From: Chlamydiota bacterium
Lineage (GTDB): Bacteria; Auribacterota; Tritonobacteria; UBA1439
Direction of reading: 5' to 3'
NCBI GenBank assembly: GCA_037133055.1
Contig: JBAXOY010000012.1
Span: 1 to 41,013 of the forward strand
DNA length: 41,013 nt
Below the pieces are notes generated by a model. The model worked only from the letters and a program-made list of their open reading frames with translations, did not search any database and was not told the DNA's origin. This document shows positions 17,438-27,295 of this stretch, one piece after another; the stretch's first letter is position 1; each line of letters starts with the position of its first letter. The translations under genes and the position numbers were made by a program.

Positions 17438-18292
17438 TCAGATGAGATCGACGAGCTCGCTCTCCCTTTTCATGAACAGGTGATAGGCGCAGAAGAACAG
17501 GACAAGGCTGAAGAGGACCGCCTGAAGAACCATCAGCCACAAGGGATAGTAGAGGGTAATGTCCACCACCATATTCGGGATGGAGGACGGGAGGATGGCG
17601 AGCCGGTACATGCAGAACAGGTCGTACATCGGGTTCAGCATGAAGAGGTCCACGAGCCACGGGAAGCCCTTCTTGACCGCCCCATCGGCCACCAGGTCCA
17701 CCTCGTAGAACACGCCGGAGAAATAGAACCATACCAAAAGGAGGATCTCCACGACGTATTTCACGTCGCGGTAGAACACCTGGAGGGCCGAGGTGATGAG
17801 CACGAACCCCGCGACCATGACGAGGGTCAGGAGGACAATCGCCGGGAGAAAGACGATCTGCGGGGGCAGGGGCATCCAGATGCCCTTGGCGAAACCGTAG
17901 AGGAGCACCAGCACGACCAGCACGACCAGCGAGAGGATGAAGTTGATGAAATTGGAGAGCACGATCGAGAGCGGGATGATCTCCCGCGGGAAATATACCT
18001 TCTTGAGTATGCCCGCATTGTCGATGAGCGAGGTTGTGGAGCCCGCGATGCTCATATTGACGAACTGCCAGACGAAGAGGGCCGTCACGATGGAAAGGGG
18101 CGGGATCGGCCTCTGGAAGAGGAAGGCGAAGAGGAACCAGAAGACCAGCGCCATCCAGAGCGGCACGAAAAACGCCCAGAGAAACCCGAGGAAGGCGTAC
18201 TTGTACTGCACCTTCAGGTTCTTCAGCGCCAGGTGAAACAGGAGCTCACGGTGCGTGGTGCACAGGAGCTTCAACCGCGCGAACACCTTCAC
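17438..18292 (-). CDS. wzm: Polysaccharide ABC exporter permease (Wzm/TagG-like)
   Basis: LKVQYKYAFLGFLW, ILKKVYFPREIIP, VFYRDVKY, LNPM; about six TM segments; adjacent to the wzt-like ATPase; GGAGAG before the GTG start. Confidence 0.9.
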   Translation of the reverse strand: MKVFARLKLLCTTHRELLFHLALKNLKVQYKYAFLGFLWAFFVPLWMALVFWFLFAFLFQRPIPPLSIVTALFVWQFVNMSIAGSTTSLIDNAGILKKVYFPREIIPLSIVLSNFINFILSLVVLVVLVLLYGFAKGIWMPLPPQIVFLPAIVLLTLVMVAGFVLITSALQVFYRDVKYVVEILLLVWFYFSGVFYEVDLVADGAVKKGFPWLVDLFMLNPMYDLFCMYRLAILPSSIPNMVVDITLYYPLWLMVLQAVLFSLVLFFCAYHLFMKRESELVDLI

Positions 18293-18329
18293 TTCGCTGT
18301 CCCTCTCTCCGGACCGAAAAATAAAGTCC

Positions 18330-18338
18330 AGTATAGCA
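18330..18338 (-). promoter_or_regulatory. Putative extended -10 promoter (TG-C-TATACT) upstream of wzm
   Basis: Plus-strand agtatagca reads TGCTATACT on the minus strand, in the 73-nt gap before wzm. Confidence 0.5.
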
Positions 18339-18365
18339 CACCGCAGGCCGTTTCCACACGTCTCT

Positions 18366-20129
18366 TCAACGAAATAAATGCCGCGCGACCACGCCGATCC
18401 CGGATGCGACCCTTTGGATAAAAGAGCGGGGCATCTCTTCCCCGAGCGGCTTCACGCACCCCGCGATCTGGTCCATCGCGGCAACGATGACCACCGGCCG
18501 CTTCATCCCGGCGTCGTGGACCGCCGAGGTGATGACTCCGGTCTGCCCAAGGATGAGGGCCGTGAACGCGACGAACCGCACCGCCTGCCGCCGCTCGACG
18601 CCCAGCCGGCGGTGGACAGCGTCCGCGATATCGCGGAGGGCCCTCCGGCCGTTCGTGAGTTTCCAGAACAGGGCGAGGGAATCCCGATACTGCGCGAGCG
18701 TCTCGCGCTGGCGTTCCTGCGGGATCGCCGCGTTGAAATCGGACCAGAATGAATAGACCAGCGCCATGCCGCAGAGCCGGTACTGGTACAGGTCAAGCGC
18801 GGGGGAGTTCCTGACCGGCACGTCATCGAGAAGCGAGTTCGGCACGAAGTTTATCCGGTGGTGGTGGTAGTCCTCGAGCCCCTCGGCCAGCACCATCCCG
18901 AGTTTCGGGGCCTCCTCGTGGAGCTTCGTCCCCATGTGGGGGGTCGAAAACTGCCCCGTGTAGAGCGGGAACGGCATCGGGTGAAAATAATCATACCAGG
19001 GCAGGCCCGAGACCAGCTCGTCGATGAACCGCGCCTGGGAATAATAGCCGGAGATCGTCTCCCCCGGATTAAACGCCATGTAGGTGAAGAGGGGCGACAT
19101 GCCGTGCGCCTTGTGGAGGCGCGCCACCTCCCTGATGACCTGGAGGTCCTCGTCCTTCTCGACCTGCGCAAATGTCTCCGGGTTCGCGCTCTCTATCCCC
19201 ACCTCGAGCCCGATGCAGCCCGCCTGCTTCAGGAGGTCCATCAGGTCGGGGTTCCGCGCGATGTGGGAGGCGCGCGTCAGGCCGGTCCACCGCACCGGGA
19301 GCCGTTCCTCGATGATCAGCCTGCAGAGGCGCTCGATGTAGCGCCGGTCGAGCATCAGGTTGTCGTCCCAGAAATGGAACTGGGCGAGGCCGAGCCGCGC
19401 GATCGAGGCCTTCATCTCGGCGATGACGTTTTCCGGGCTCCGCCACCTGACGCGGCGGCCCCACATGAGCGGCGAGCCGCAGTAGGTGCAGCCGTAGGGG
19501 CAGCCCCTGGAGCCGATGATGGGAAGACGCCTCCCCCCGACCACGTGGAGAGGGGAGTCGTACGATTCCATCGGAAGCAGGTCCCACGCGGGAAACGGCA
19601 ATGCGTCGAGGTCCTCGATGAGCGGCCGCTGCGGATTGATGCGCGGCACGCCGCGATCCTTCCATGCCAGTCCCGCAATATCCGCCGGCCCCCTCCCCTC
19701 CCCGGCGAGCGCCTGGAGGAGCTCCACGAGTGTCTCCTCGCCCTCGTGCGTCACGCAGTAGTCTGCGGTATCGAGCGCCTCGGAGGGGAAGATGGTCGCG
19801 TGGATGCCCCCGTGGACGATGGCGATGCGGGGGGCGCGCGCGCGCAGCATCCGGGAAAGGGCATGCGCCGCGGGGGCCTGGCAGGTCCAGTAGGTGATTC
19901 CCACCACGCCGGGGCTGCCGGCGAGGACGCGCTCGAGTATCCCGGAGACGGAGAGCTTAAGCGCCTGCCCGTCCACGATCCGCACGCGGAGCCCCGGGAG
20001 GCGCTCCCGGGCATAGGCGGCGAGATAGGCGAGCCCGAGGGGCAGCACCCGCTTGTGCCGCTCGTTCGCCGGGAGCGGCGGCTGCACGAGCGCGAGTTCG
20101 ATCGGCGGCATGGGTGCCATGGCGGTCAC
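18366..20129 (-). CDS. Cobalamin-binding domain radical SAM protein with C-terminal extension
   Basis: LPLGLAYLAA, GGIH, HEGE, DLDALPFPAWD, SRGCPYGCTYC, WDDN, GIESA; GTGA overlap with the upstream stop. Confidence 0.9.
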   Translation of the reverse strand: MTAMAPMPPIELALVQPPLPANERHKRVLPLGLAYLAAYARERLPGLRVRIVDGQALKLSVSGILERVLAGSPGVVGITYWTCQAPAAHALSRMLRARAPRIAIVHGGIHATIFPSEALDTADYCVTHEGEETLVELLQALAGEGRGPADIAGLAWKDRGVPRINPQRPLIEDLDALPFPAWDLLPMESYDSPLHVVGGRRLPIIGSRGCPYGCTYCGSPLMWGRRVRWRSPENVIAEMKASIARLGLAQFHFWDDNLMLDRRYIERLCRLIIEERLPVRWTGLTRASHIARNPDLMDLLKQAGCIGLEVGIESANPETFAQVEKDEDLQVIREVARLHKAHGMSPLFTYMAFNPGETISGYYSQARFIDELVSGLPWYDYFHPMPFPLYTGQFSTPHMGTKLHEEAPKLGMVLAEGLEDYHHHRINFVPNSLLDDVPVRNSPALDLYQYRLCGMALVYSFWSDFNAAIPQERQRETLAQYRDSLALFWKLTNGRRALRDIADAVHRRLGVERRQAVRFVAFTALILGQTGVITSAVHDAGMKRPVVIVAAMDQIAGCVKPLGEEMPRSFIQRVASGIGVVARHLFR

Positions 20130-22522
20130 TCGCTCAGGGTGAGCCCATCCTCAAGGGGCTTCGCGGTTTCCATAATCCGTATCATCTTTTCCCAGAACTT
20201 CCGTTCGCTGGGCATCTTGCGCCTCTTATAGAGCACCGCGAGATTATAACAGGGGGTTATGAATTTTTTGTCCATTTCCACCGCGCGCAGAAATTGCTGC
20301 TCCGCCTCGTTGATCGACCCCCTGGCGGCATAAATGACCCCGAGGTCGTTCACGGGGATGGGGTCGTCCGGCCTCATGGAGGCGGCGGCCGCAGCCTCTC
20401 GCGCCGCGTCGTCGTAACGGCGCTGTCTGAAATAAAGCGAGGAGAGGGTCGATCGGCTGTCAAAACTGTCCTCGTCTATTTCCAGCGCCCTCCTCAGCTC
20501 TTTTTCTCCTAAGGAAAAGAGCCCTACGAGCGTGAAAATGCTCCCCCACTCGCAATGGTATCGTGCTACACGTTTGGCCTCTCCCTTGTTTCCGCTCTCG
20601 CGGTGGATTAGCCCGAGGAGATAGTTATACTCGCTATAGGGAGGGATCTCCCGCGGGATATCGGATCGCCCGATGGCGGAGAAACCCGGCGCATAGGTGA
20701 ATCCGTCGCGGGCCAGATAAAGCCTTGTCCCCGCCTTCAGCGGAGGCAGGTACGCCACATATTTTCCGCGGTCATCATAGAGTATCTCCAACGCACTCTC
20801 TTTCGACACCGCGTCCGGTCCCTCGTATAAAAGCGTGGTCCCATACGGAAGAGAAGGGGGGGCGGAGGTCGGCTGAAAAGCCTGCCGGCCGGCTCTGACT
20901 GTAAAGGACCCCATATATTTCGGGTGCTCCGAGACACTGCTGAACACCCACTGGTGAAGCCCTTTGAACTGCTCGATCCCCTCCGCAACACGCACTCCCG
21001 TTATCCTTTTCGGACGAAAATGGTCGAAGGATGGGCGCCGCGGGGGGGGGTGCTTCTCGATCACCCTTTCCATCCCCGCGACCGCCTCACGGTAACGTCC
21101 GAGGCGCGCCATCGTCAGGAACATGAGCGCCCGCACCGCGTCGTTGTCAGGGTCCACCTGCAGATACTTCTCGAATACGGGGAGCATCCGGGCCGGATCC
21201 TTCTCCGCGGAGAGCCACTTCTCGTAACACCCGCGCAGATGCTCCCCTCCCTCTCCCCCCAGCGCCGAGAACTTCTCCTCCGCGCGGGCAAACTCACCGG
21301 CCGCGAGATATACGTTTCCCGCCGCCACGAGGCACTCCCGGTTTCCCGGGTCTTTCTCCAGAAGCCGCTCGTACCGCTCGATCGCCTCGTCCCGCTCACC
21401 GGCCGCGGCCAGCGCACGCGCGAGTTTCTCCTCGATCCCCGGGGTTCCCGCGGCGGCCTTCTCCGTTTCCCGGTAATGGCGCAGCGCGAGGACCGCATCG
21501 CCCGCCTCCCATGCGCGATCCCCCCTCGCCAGGGAAATGCCGGCCCTTTCCGCGGACACCTCCGCCCGCAGATCCACGCGCGTGGCGAGGTCGAGCCATC
21601 CCGCGGCTCCGTCCAGATCCCCGGCCGCGAGCGCCCTCTTCGCCCGCGCGACAAGGTCCGCGGCAAGCTCCGCGTCGGGCTTCACCTCCGCCTTCAGGCG
21701 GCGCGCCTCCGCGAGCTCCTTCCCTCCCGCCTCGCAGTTCCCCTGGCGCACCAGCGCGGCCCCATGCCGGTAGCGAAGCGCGCCGTTTTTCTCGTCGAGG
21801 ATGAGCGCGCGCCGATAGGCCTCAACCGCGGCGGCGAAATCCCCCGCGCCGACCCGCTCCTCCCCGATCCGCGCGTAGGCGTCCCGGAGCGCGGGGCCGA
21901 CCTTCGCCCCGGGCTTCATCTGAGTCACCAGGGTGAATTGCGCGACCGCCTCTTTGTACCTCCCGGTCCGCTGGTAGAGCCTCCCCAGTCCGTAGTGGGC
22001 ATCGACAGAAGCCGGATCGGTTTCGACGGCGCGAACGAAGAGTTTCTCCCCCTTTGCAACGTCCCCCGCCTCGATCGCGTCTTTCCCCATCGTGAAATAT
22101 ATGCGCGCCCGGGCGGCGCGAGCGCCGGGGTATTCCGGCTTCATCGCCTCCGCCTGCGCCAGGAGCGCCAGCGCCTCGTCGTAGCGGCGCTGCCGCTCGC
22201 ACACCGAGGCCAGGTTGTAGACCGCCGCCGGGTATTCCGGCTTGAGGGCTATCGCCCTGCGGAAACACGCCTCCGCCGTCGCCGCATCGCCGAGGGTGCC
22301 GTAGGCGATCCCCAGCGCGTGATACGCCTCGGCGTAGTTCGGTTTCACGTCGAGGGCCTGCCTGAGCAGGGAGATCGCCGCCCCGCTCCTGCCCTCGCGG
22401 ATCAACTGGACCGCGTTTTCCTTGAGCACCGCATGTTTCGCGGCCCGGTGCCGCCCGACGATGACCGCAGCGATGCTCAGCGAGAGGAGCGCCCCCACCA
22501 CGATGAGGATTCTGGTATTCAT
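20126..22522 (-). CDS. Membrane-anchored or exported tetratricopeptide repeat protein
   Basis: N-terminal hydrophobic segment; repeated TPR patterns (AEAYHALGIAY, AAVYNLASV, DAHYGLGRLY, NDLGVIY, YNLAVLY). Confidence 0.85.
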   Translation of the reverse strand: MNTRILIVVGALLSLSIAAVIVGRHRAAKHAVLKENAVQLIREGRSGAAISLLRQALDVKPNYAEAYHALGIAYGTLGDAATAEACFRRAIALKPEYPAAVYNLASVCERQRRYDEALALLAQAEAMKPEYPGARAARARIYFTMGKDAIEAGDVAKGEKLFVRAVETDPASVDAHYGLGRLYQRTGRYKEAVAQFTLVTQMKPGAKVGPALRDAYARIGEERVGAGDFAAAVEAYRRALILDEKNGALRYRHGAALVRQGNCEAGGKELAEARRLKAEVKPDAELAADLVARAKRALAAGDLDGAAGWLDLATRVDLRAEVSAERAGISLARGDRAWEAGDAVLALRHYRETEKAAAGTPGIEEKLARALAAAGERDEAIERYERLLEKDPGNRECLVAAGNVYLAAGEFARAEEKFSALGGEGGEHLRGCYEKWLSAEKDPARMLPVFEKYLQVDPDNDAVRALMFLTMARLGRYREAVAGMERVIEKHPPPRRPSFDHFRPKRITGVRVAEGIEQFKGLHQWVFSSVSEHPKYMGSFTVRAGRQAFQPTSAPPSLPYGTTLLYEGPDAVSKESALEILYDDRGKYVAYLPPLKAGTRLYLARDGFTYAPGFSAIGRSDIPREIPPYSEYNYLLGLIHRESGNKGEAKRVARYHCEWGSIFTLVGLFSLGEKELRRALEIDEDSFDSRSTLSSLYFRQRRYDDAAREAAAAASMRPDDPIPVNDLGVIYAARGSINEAEQQFLRAVEMDKKFITPCYNLAVLYKRRKMPSERKFWEKMIRIMETAKPLEDGLTLSE

Positions 22523-22584
22523 GGTCGGTCAACAGCGGGACGCGCGCGCGGGGGGCGGGCGGGAGCGACGCCGGAGAGAATATC

Positions 22585-25461
22585 CTACTTCCGGTAGACC
22601 TTCTTCTCGCCGAACACCTGGACGCGGTAGTTGAAGGTGTCGCTCACGTACACGCGCCCGTCCGCGATGAAGATGCCGATCGGGGTGTTGAAATCCCCCG
22701 GCTTGAACCCCTTCGCGGACCATAGGGCGAGGAGGGTCCCTTCGGGGCTGAAGATCTCCACGCGGTTGTTCCGGCTGTCCGTCACCCAGACCCTCCCCGC
22801 GGCGTCGACCGCGACGAACGGCTCGGTGTAATACTCCTCCCACCCGAGCACGCCGAACTGCCCGAGAAGCATCCCCTTCGTGTCGAACTTCTGCACGCGC
22901 TTGTTGGCGGTGTCGGTGACGTAGACCACCTCGCCCCGCACCTCGCGCTGTTTCTTGGCCTCGTCGGCGGGGGCGATGACCCCGTCCGGATGGATCGCGA
23001 TCCCCACCGGCTCCTTGAACTCTCCCGGCCCCTCTCCCTGCTCGCCCCAGACGAGGAGGGGCTTGCCGTCCCGGGTGAACTTCTGCACGCGGTGCCGCCC
23101 CGTGTCCGCCACGTAGAGGTTCCCCTCCCGGTCGAACGCCATCCCCTTCGGGGCCCAGAACCCCCCGGCGCCGCCCTCCCACTGCTTCACAAACTTCCCC
23201 TCGCCGTCGAACTTCTGTATCCTGTGGTTCCACGTGTCGGAGACATAGACAAAGCCCTCTCCGTCAACGGCAATCCCCATCGGCTCCTTGAACTGCGACG
23301 CGCCGCTCCCCGGCCCCCCGACGCAGAGGAGAAGCTTCCCCCCGCCGTCGAACTTCTGCCAGCGATGGTTCTTGGTGTCTGCGACGTACACGGCGCCCTT
23401 CGCATCGGCCCAGATGCCCCGCGGCTCGTCGAACCGCCCCTTCGAGGAACCGCGTTCCCCGAACTCGCGCTCGGGGCTGACCTCGCCGATTATCGCATAC
23501 TCCTTCGGAATCACGGGCGCGGTCCTCGCGGCGGCCGGCGCCTCGACCTCGGCCGGGGTGGGGCCGCCCTTGTCACCGAGGAGGTCCTTTCGCACATAGA
23601 AGGCGATGTCCTGGGAGCCGAGGATGCTCCACACCTTCCTGCCGAAATAGTACTGGAGGAGCGCGTTCATCCGGTAGGACGCGTCCGCGAGGAAGACGGA
23701 AAACGGCGAGCGGCCGAAGACGCTCTCGGCCCATCCCCGCCCGGGGTTCTTCAGGCTGCCCAACGGGCTCGGGACCCACCACTCCCTGAGTTTCATCCGC
23801 ATTTCCCGGTAGTGCGGCTCGAGGACGGCGCTGAAGTCCTTGCGCTTGTCCCAGTCGACCGCCACCACCATCTTGCTCGGAGCCGTGAACGCCCCGGGGT
23901 GGAACCAGTCCTTGTAGTCGCGGAGATACCAGGTGTACGGCCAGGTGGACTCGCCCTGTATCCCCATGGGGAACTGGAACCCCTTCCCGGTCTCCTCGGC
24001 GAGGCCGGCGATGATCCTGAGCGTCTTCTGGATATCCACGGACGTCTGGGTGTAAACCATGCACTCCACGGGGTTCGCCTCGTTGACGAAGCAGAGTCGG
24101 AGCGAGGCCTGCAGGAAGAGGAGAAGACCCGCCCCCAGGAGGGTGGCGTACAGACATGTCTTTCGCCTGAACCGCTCCGCCTCGAGTAACTCGCCGAGGA
24201 TCACGGCCGCCCAGAGCACCATCGGCATGAGCACGTGCATGAGGAGCCAGGGCACCTTTTCGCCCGCGTACGAGTAGAGAAGGACGCTCGTCCAGCTCCA
24301 GTAGGAGAGGAACGCGGGGAACCGCCTCCCCTCTCTGAGGTAGGCGCACGTGGCCGCCATCCCGATCACCAGGACATAGAGGACGAAGACGATGTGCAGG
24401 GTGCTCGTCATGTGGAATATCTTGTCCCACGGCTCGACCGGGAGATCGAGGTTCCAGAAAAGCATCAGCGGGAGCGCCACGGCGGTGGAGACGACCATGA
24501 CGATGCGCGAGAGGCGCCTCCGCGCGAGGAGTCCGGCGATCCCGGCGAAGAGGACGGCGAGGAGCGGGAGCTCGTAGGTCGCCGCGATCGGGCAGAAATA
24601 GGTGAACGGGCCCTTGATGCGCTGGATTCTGTCCTGGTACATCCAGTACCCGAGCGACTTCCGGTAGAGGCCGTCGATGAACCCCGGCATGTTGTGGAAG
24701 AACGAGGTGAAGAAGATGAAGAAGAGGGCGAAAAAAATACCGAGTGAGACGAGCGCGTCAAGGGGAGCGATCGGCCATCCACCCGCCCTGCCCGCGGGCC
24801 GGTCCGCGGGCGCCCCATCCCTCCCGAAGATCCGCTCGAAGATCAGCATGAAGACGCCGAAGGTGACGAATATGAAGAGGAACATGTACGAGTTCTCTTT
24901 GACGCAGAACATCAGGGCGAACGCCGCGGCGGACCCGTAGAGCCAGCCGCGGGCGCGGTCGCGGAGCCAGTTCACGAAGAGCGCCACCGAGAAGAGCGCC
25001 CAGAAGGCGACGAAGATGTCCTCCCGGAAGAAGCGCGAGAAGTACATGAAGGTGGGCGAAACCGCGTAGAGGACCGCCGCCGAGAGGCTCCCGGCCTTCC
25101 CGAGCTCCTTCCGGAACAGCCAGGCGCATCCGACGACCCCCACGCCGAAAAGCGCGGCGGACATGCGGGCGACAAAATCGCTGATCCCGAAGAGCGTGAA
25201 GAGGAGCGCGTCCAGGTAGAACATGAACGGCCCGTGCATCATCGGGTCGTACTTGTAGCCGCGCCCGTCGAACAGGTACCAGGAGTAGGTCGAGTAGAGG
25301 CTCTCGTCGTGGTGGAACGGCTTGAAGGAGAGCCCGTAGAAGCGGGTCACGACGGTGAAGACGAGGACCGCGGCGAAGACGATGCGGAACCAGTCAATGC
25401 GTATCGTCACGTACCCCCTGTCGGGGGCGGCGGTCACTTCGACGGGGCTTGTGCGGCTCAT
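22585..25461 (-). CDS. TIGR03663/Agl23-like GT-C membrane protein with C-terminal NHL-repeat beta-propeller
   Basis: FHHDESLY...YKYDPMMHGPF, FSRFFREDIF, KENSY, YTQTS; NHL repeats F.EP.GIA.D..G.VYV.DT.NHR.QKF. Confidence 0.82.
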   Translation of the reverse strand: MSRTSPVEVTAAPDRGYVTIRIDWFRIVFAAVLVFTVVTRFYGLSFKPFHHDESLYSTYSWYLFDGRGYKYDPMMHGPFMFYLDALLFTLFGISDFVARMSAALFGVGVVGCAWLFRKELGKAGSLSAAVLYAVSPTFMYFSRFFREDIFVAFWALFSVALFVNWLRDRARGWLYGSAAAFALMFCVKENSYMFLFIFVTFGVFMLIFERIFGRDGAPADRPAGRAGGWPIAPLDALVSLGIFFALFFIFFTSFFHNMPGFIDGLYRKSLGYWMYQDRIQRIKGPFTYFCPIAATYELPLLAVLFAGIAGLLARRRLSRIVMVVSTAVALPLMLFWNLDLPVEPWDKIFHMTSTLHIVFVLYVLVIGMAATCAYLREGRRFPAFLSYWSWTSVLLYSYAGEKVPWLLMHVLMPMVLWAAVILGELLEAERFRRKTCLYATLLGAGLLLFLQASLRLCFVNEANPVECMVYTQTSVDIQKTLRIIAGLAEETGKGFQFPMGIQGESTWPYTWYLRDYKDWFHPGAFTAPSKMVVAVDWDKRKDFSAVLEPHYREMRMKLREWWVPSPLGSLKNPGRGWAESVFGRSPFSVFLADASYRMNALLQYYFGRKVWSILGSQDIAFYVRKDLLGDKGGPTPAEVEAPAAARTAPVIPKEYAIIGEVSPEREFGERGSSKGRFDEPRGIWADAKGAVYVADTKNHRWQKFDGGGKLLLCVGGPGSGASQFKEPMGIAVDGEGFVYVSDTWNHRIQKFDGEGKFVKQWEGGAGGFWAPKGMAFDREGNLYVADTGRHRVQKFTRDGKPLLVWGEQGEGPGEFKEPVGIAIHPDGVIAPADEAKKQREVRGEVVYVTDTANKRVQKFDTKGMLLGQFGVLGWEEYYTEPFVAVDAAGRVWVTDSRNNRVEIFSPEGTLLALWSAKGFKPGDFNTPIGIFIADGRVYVSDTFNYRVQVFGEKKVYRK

Positions 25462-25500
25462 CTAATCCTCCCGGGATGCGCGGTTCAGTCTGGAACAGGG

Positions 25501-25509
25501 ATTATCGCA
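25501..25509 (-). promoter_or_regulatory. Putative extended -10 promoter (TG-C-GATAAT)
   Basis: Plus-strand attatcgca, about 40 nt upstream of the ATG at 25461. Confidence 0.35.
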
Positions 25510-25562
25510 CAATCCCGGCAGGCATAAAAGCCGAAAAACAGCCGAAACAGCCGAAAACCAGT

Positions 25563-25778
25563 TACAACGGATGGGGGGAGATCCTCTTGACGGCCCCGCC
25601 GTCGCGCAGGATCGAGGAAGTCAGGGGCGTGCGGATCTGACCCCTCTTCCCGTTCCTGGTGAGGATTCCGCTCCTGGGGAGGGCCCTCGCGGCTCTCGAG
25701 CGGCGAACCTGTGATGGGCTGCTCAAGCGGTTCGCGGGATTCGTGATACTGGTGATGAGGAAGGGTGCGGAGCCCTGA
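25563..25778 (+). pseudogene. Probable 3'-terminal remnant of a gene (methyltransferase-like C-terminus) with an in-frame stop
   Basis: One frame reads YNGWGEILLTAPPSRRIEEVRGVRI*PLFPFLVRIPLLGRALAALERRTCDGLLKRFAGFVILVMRKGAEP* with coding-like codon usage. No convincing 5' part is present. Confidence 0.5.
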
Positions 25779-25784
25779 CCCCGA

Positions 25785-25823
25785 CTCAAATCTCAGATAT
25801 TACTCCCTAATCTGAGATCTGAG
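25785..25823. terminator. Inverted repeat hairpin between convergent 3' ends (possible terminator)
   Basis: ctcaaatctcagat (25785-25798) pairs with atctgagatctgag (25810-25823) at 13/14, with an 11-nt loop and no U-tract. Confidence 0.4.
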
Positions 25824-25827
25824 ATCC

Positions 25828-27201
25828 CTAGTCCTTCCTCCCCACCGCCAGCAGCGAGAGTCCGAAGGGGATCTTCAGGCGCCGCTCGATCTTCAGCAGC
25901 GGGACGAAAAGGTCGAAGAGTTTGAGCTGGTATTTCGGCAGCATATTTCTGCGCAGGATCCTGCCGTTCATGAACCACCCCAGCGCGCCGGGGAGGTTGA
26001 GGAACCCCGCGTGCTCGACGCGGAACCCCGCCACCTCGAGTTTCGAGCCGAGCTCCGCCCTCGAATAGCGCCGGTAATGATCAAGCCCGGCGTCGATCTT
26101 CGAGTACAGGGACGGGCAGGCGGGGACGAGGAGCACGAGCCGTCCGCCCGGCACGAGAATGTCCCGGAAGCACCGGAGCGCGGCGGCGTCATCCTTGATA
26201 TGCTCGAGCACGTTGAGGCAGAGGAGGGTGTCTATCTTCTCGCCGCGGAATCCCCCCGTTTCGCAGCGGTCCAGGTCGAACTCGACGATCTTCAGGCGGT
26301 CGCCCGCGACGAAGCGGGTGCGCAGCGTCTGGAGGTGGCTCTCCGAGACGTCGGAGGCGATCACGAGCTCCCGGTTGAGGATTTTCCCGGTGATATTTCC
26401 GATGCCCGATCCCACCTCGAGGATACGCCGGCCGAGGAACGGGCTGACCCGCTCGTAGAGCCAGTCGTTGTAGCGCCGCACCTTTTCCATCCTGATGAGG
26501 GTCTCCCTCCCGATGTCGAGCGGCTCGAACCGGCACCTGAGGAGCCACCAGAGCGCGACGAAACCGTCCCGCCAGGTGATCTTCTTCCCCTCCGTGTAGG
26601 ACCTGCCGTCGTAGGAGATGGGGACCTCGTAGACCTTGTAGCCCCGCTTCATCACGTTGGCGGTGAACTCCGGCTCGAACCCGAAGCTGTTCGAGCGAAG
26701 ATGCATGCCCGAGAGGACCTCCTTCCGGAAGGCCTTGTAGCAGGTCTCCATGTCGGTGAAGATGCAGTTGTAGAGCACGTTGGTGAAAAGGTTCAGCAGC
26801 TTGTTGCCGAGGTAGTGGGAGAACATGAACACGCGGTGGGTCCCGAGGAAGCGCGAGCCGTACACCACGTCCGCCCTCCCCCTGACGATCGGCTCGATCA
26901 GCTTCGGGTACTCCTCGGGGTAGTACTCGAGGTCGGCGTCCTGGACGATCAGGATATCTCCCGCCGCCCGCGCGAACCCCGTCCGCAGGGCGGCGCCCTT
27001 CCCCCCGTTCCGGTCGTGGAGGACCAGCGTGATGGACAGATCTCCGGCGGCGATGCGCACGAGCTCCTCCCGGGTCCCGTCCGTCGAGCAGTCGTCGACG
27101 ACGATGATCTCCTTCTCGATCGGGACGTCCTTCACCCTGCGGAGAAGCTCCGCGATGGTGGCGAACTCGTTGAAGACCGGGATAACCACGGAGATTTTCA
27201 T
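25828..27201 (-). CDS. Family 2 glycosyltransferase fused to a class I SAM methyltransferase
   Basis: MKISVVIPVFNE, VDDCSTDGT, QDADLEY, VYGSRF, DMETCYK; then LEVGSGIG, LNVLEHIKDD, HYRRYS. Confidence 0.9.
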   Translation of the reverse strand: MKISVVIPVFNEFATIAELLRRVKDVPIEKEIIVVDDCSTDGTREELVRIAAGDLSITLVLHDRNGGKGAALRTGFARAAGDILIVQDADLEYYPEEYPKLIEPIVRGRADVVYGSRFLGTHRVFMFSHYLGNKLLNLFTNVLYNCIFTDMETCYKAFRKEVLSGMHLRSNSFGFEPEFTANVMKRGYKVYEVPISYDGRSYTEGKKITWRDGFVALWWLLRCRFEPLDIGRETLIRMEKVRRYNDWLYERVSPFLGRRILEVGSGIGNITGKILNRELVIASDVSESHLQTLRTRFVAGDRLKIVEFDLDRCETGGFRGEKIDTLLCLNVLEHIKDDAAALRCFRDILVPGGRLVLLVPACPSLYSKIDAGLDHYRRYSRAELGSKLEVAGFRVEHAGFLNLPGALGWFMNGRILRRNMLPKYQLKLFDLFVPLLKIERRLKIPFGLSLLAVGRKD

Positions 27202-27295
27202 ACGGGTATGATACCGGATACGGGGGCCGGAATCAACCCGCAACACCCGCAACACCGATATCCCGTAATCCCGCGCGCCCCCGGCGCGGGAAATA

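Noticed and set aside
25638..25640. TGA readthrough (selenocysteine or alternative genetic code)
   Set aside because: TGA is the normal stop of many genes in this window, and the fragment lacks a plausible 5' portion.
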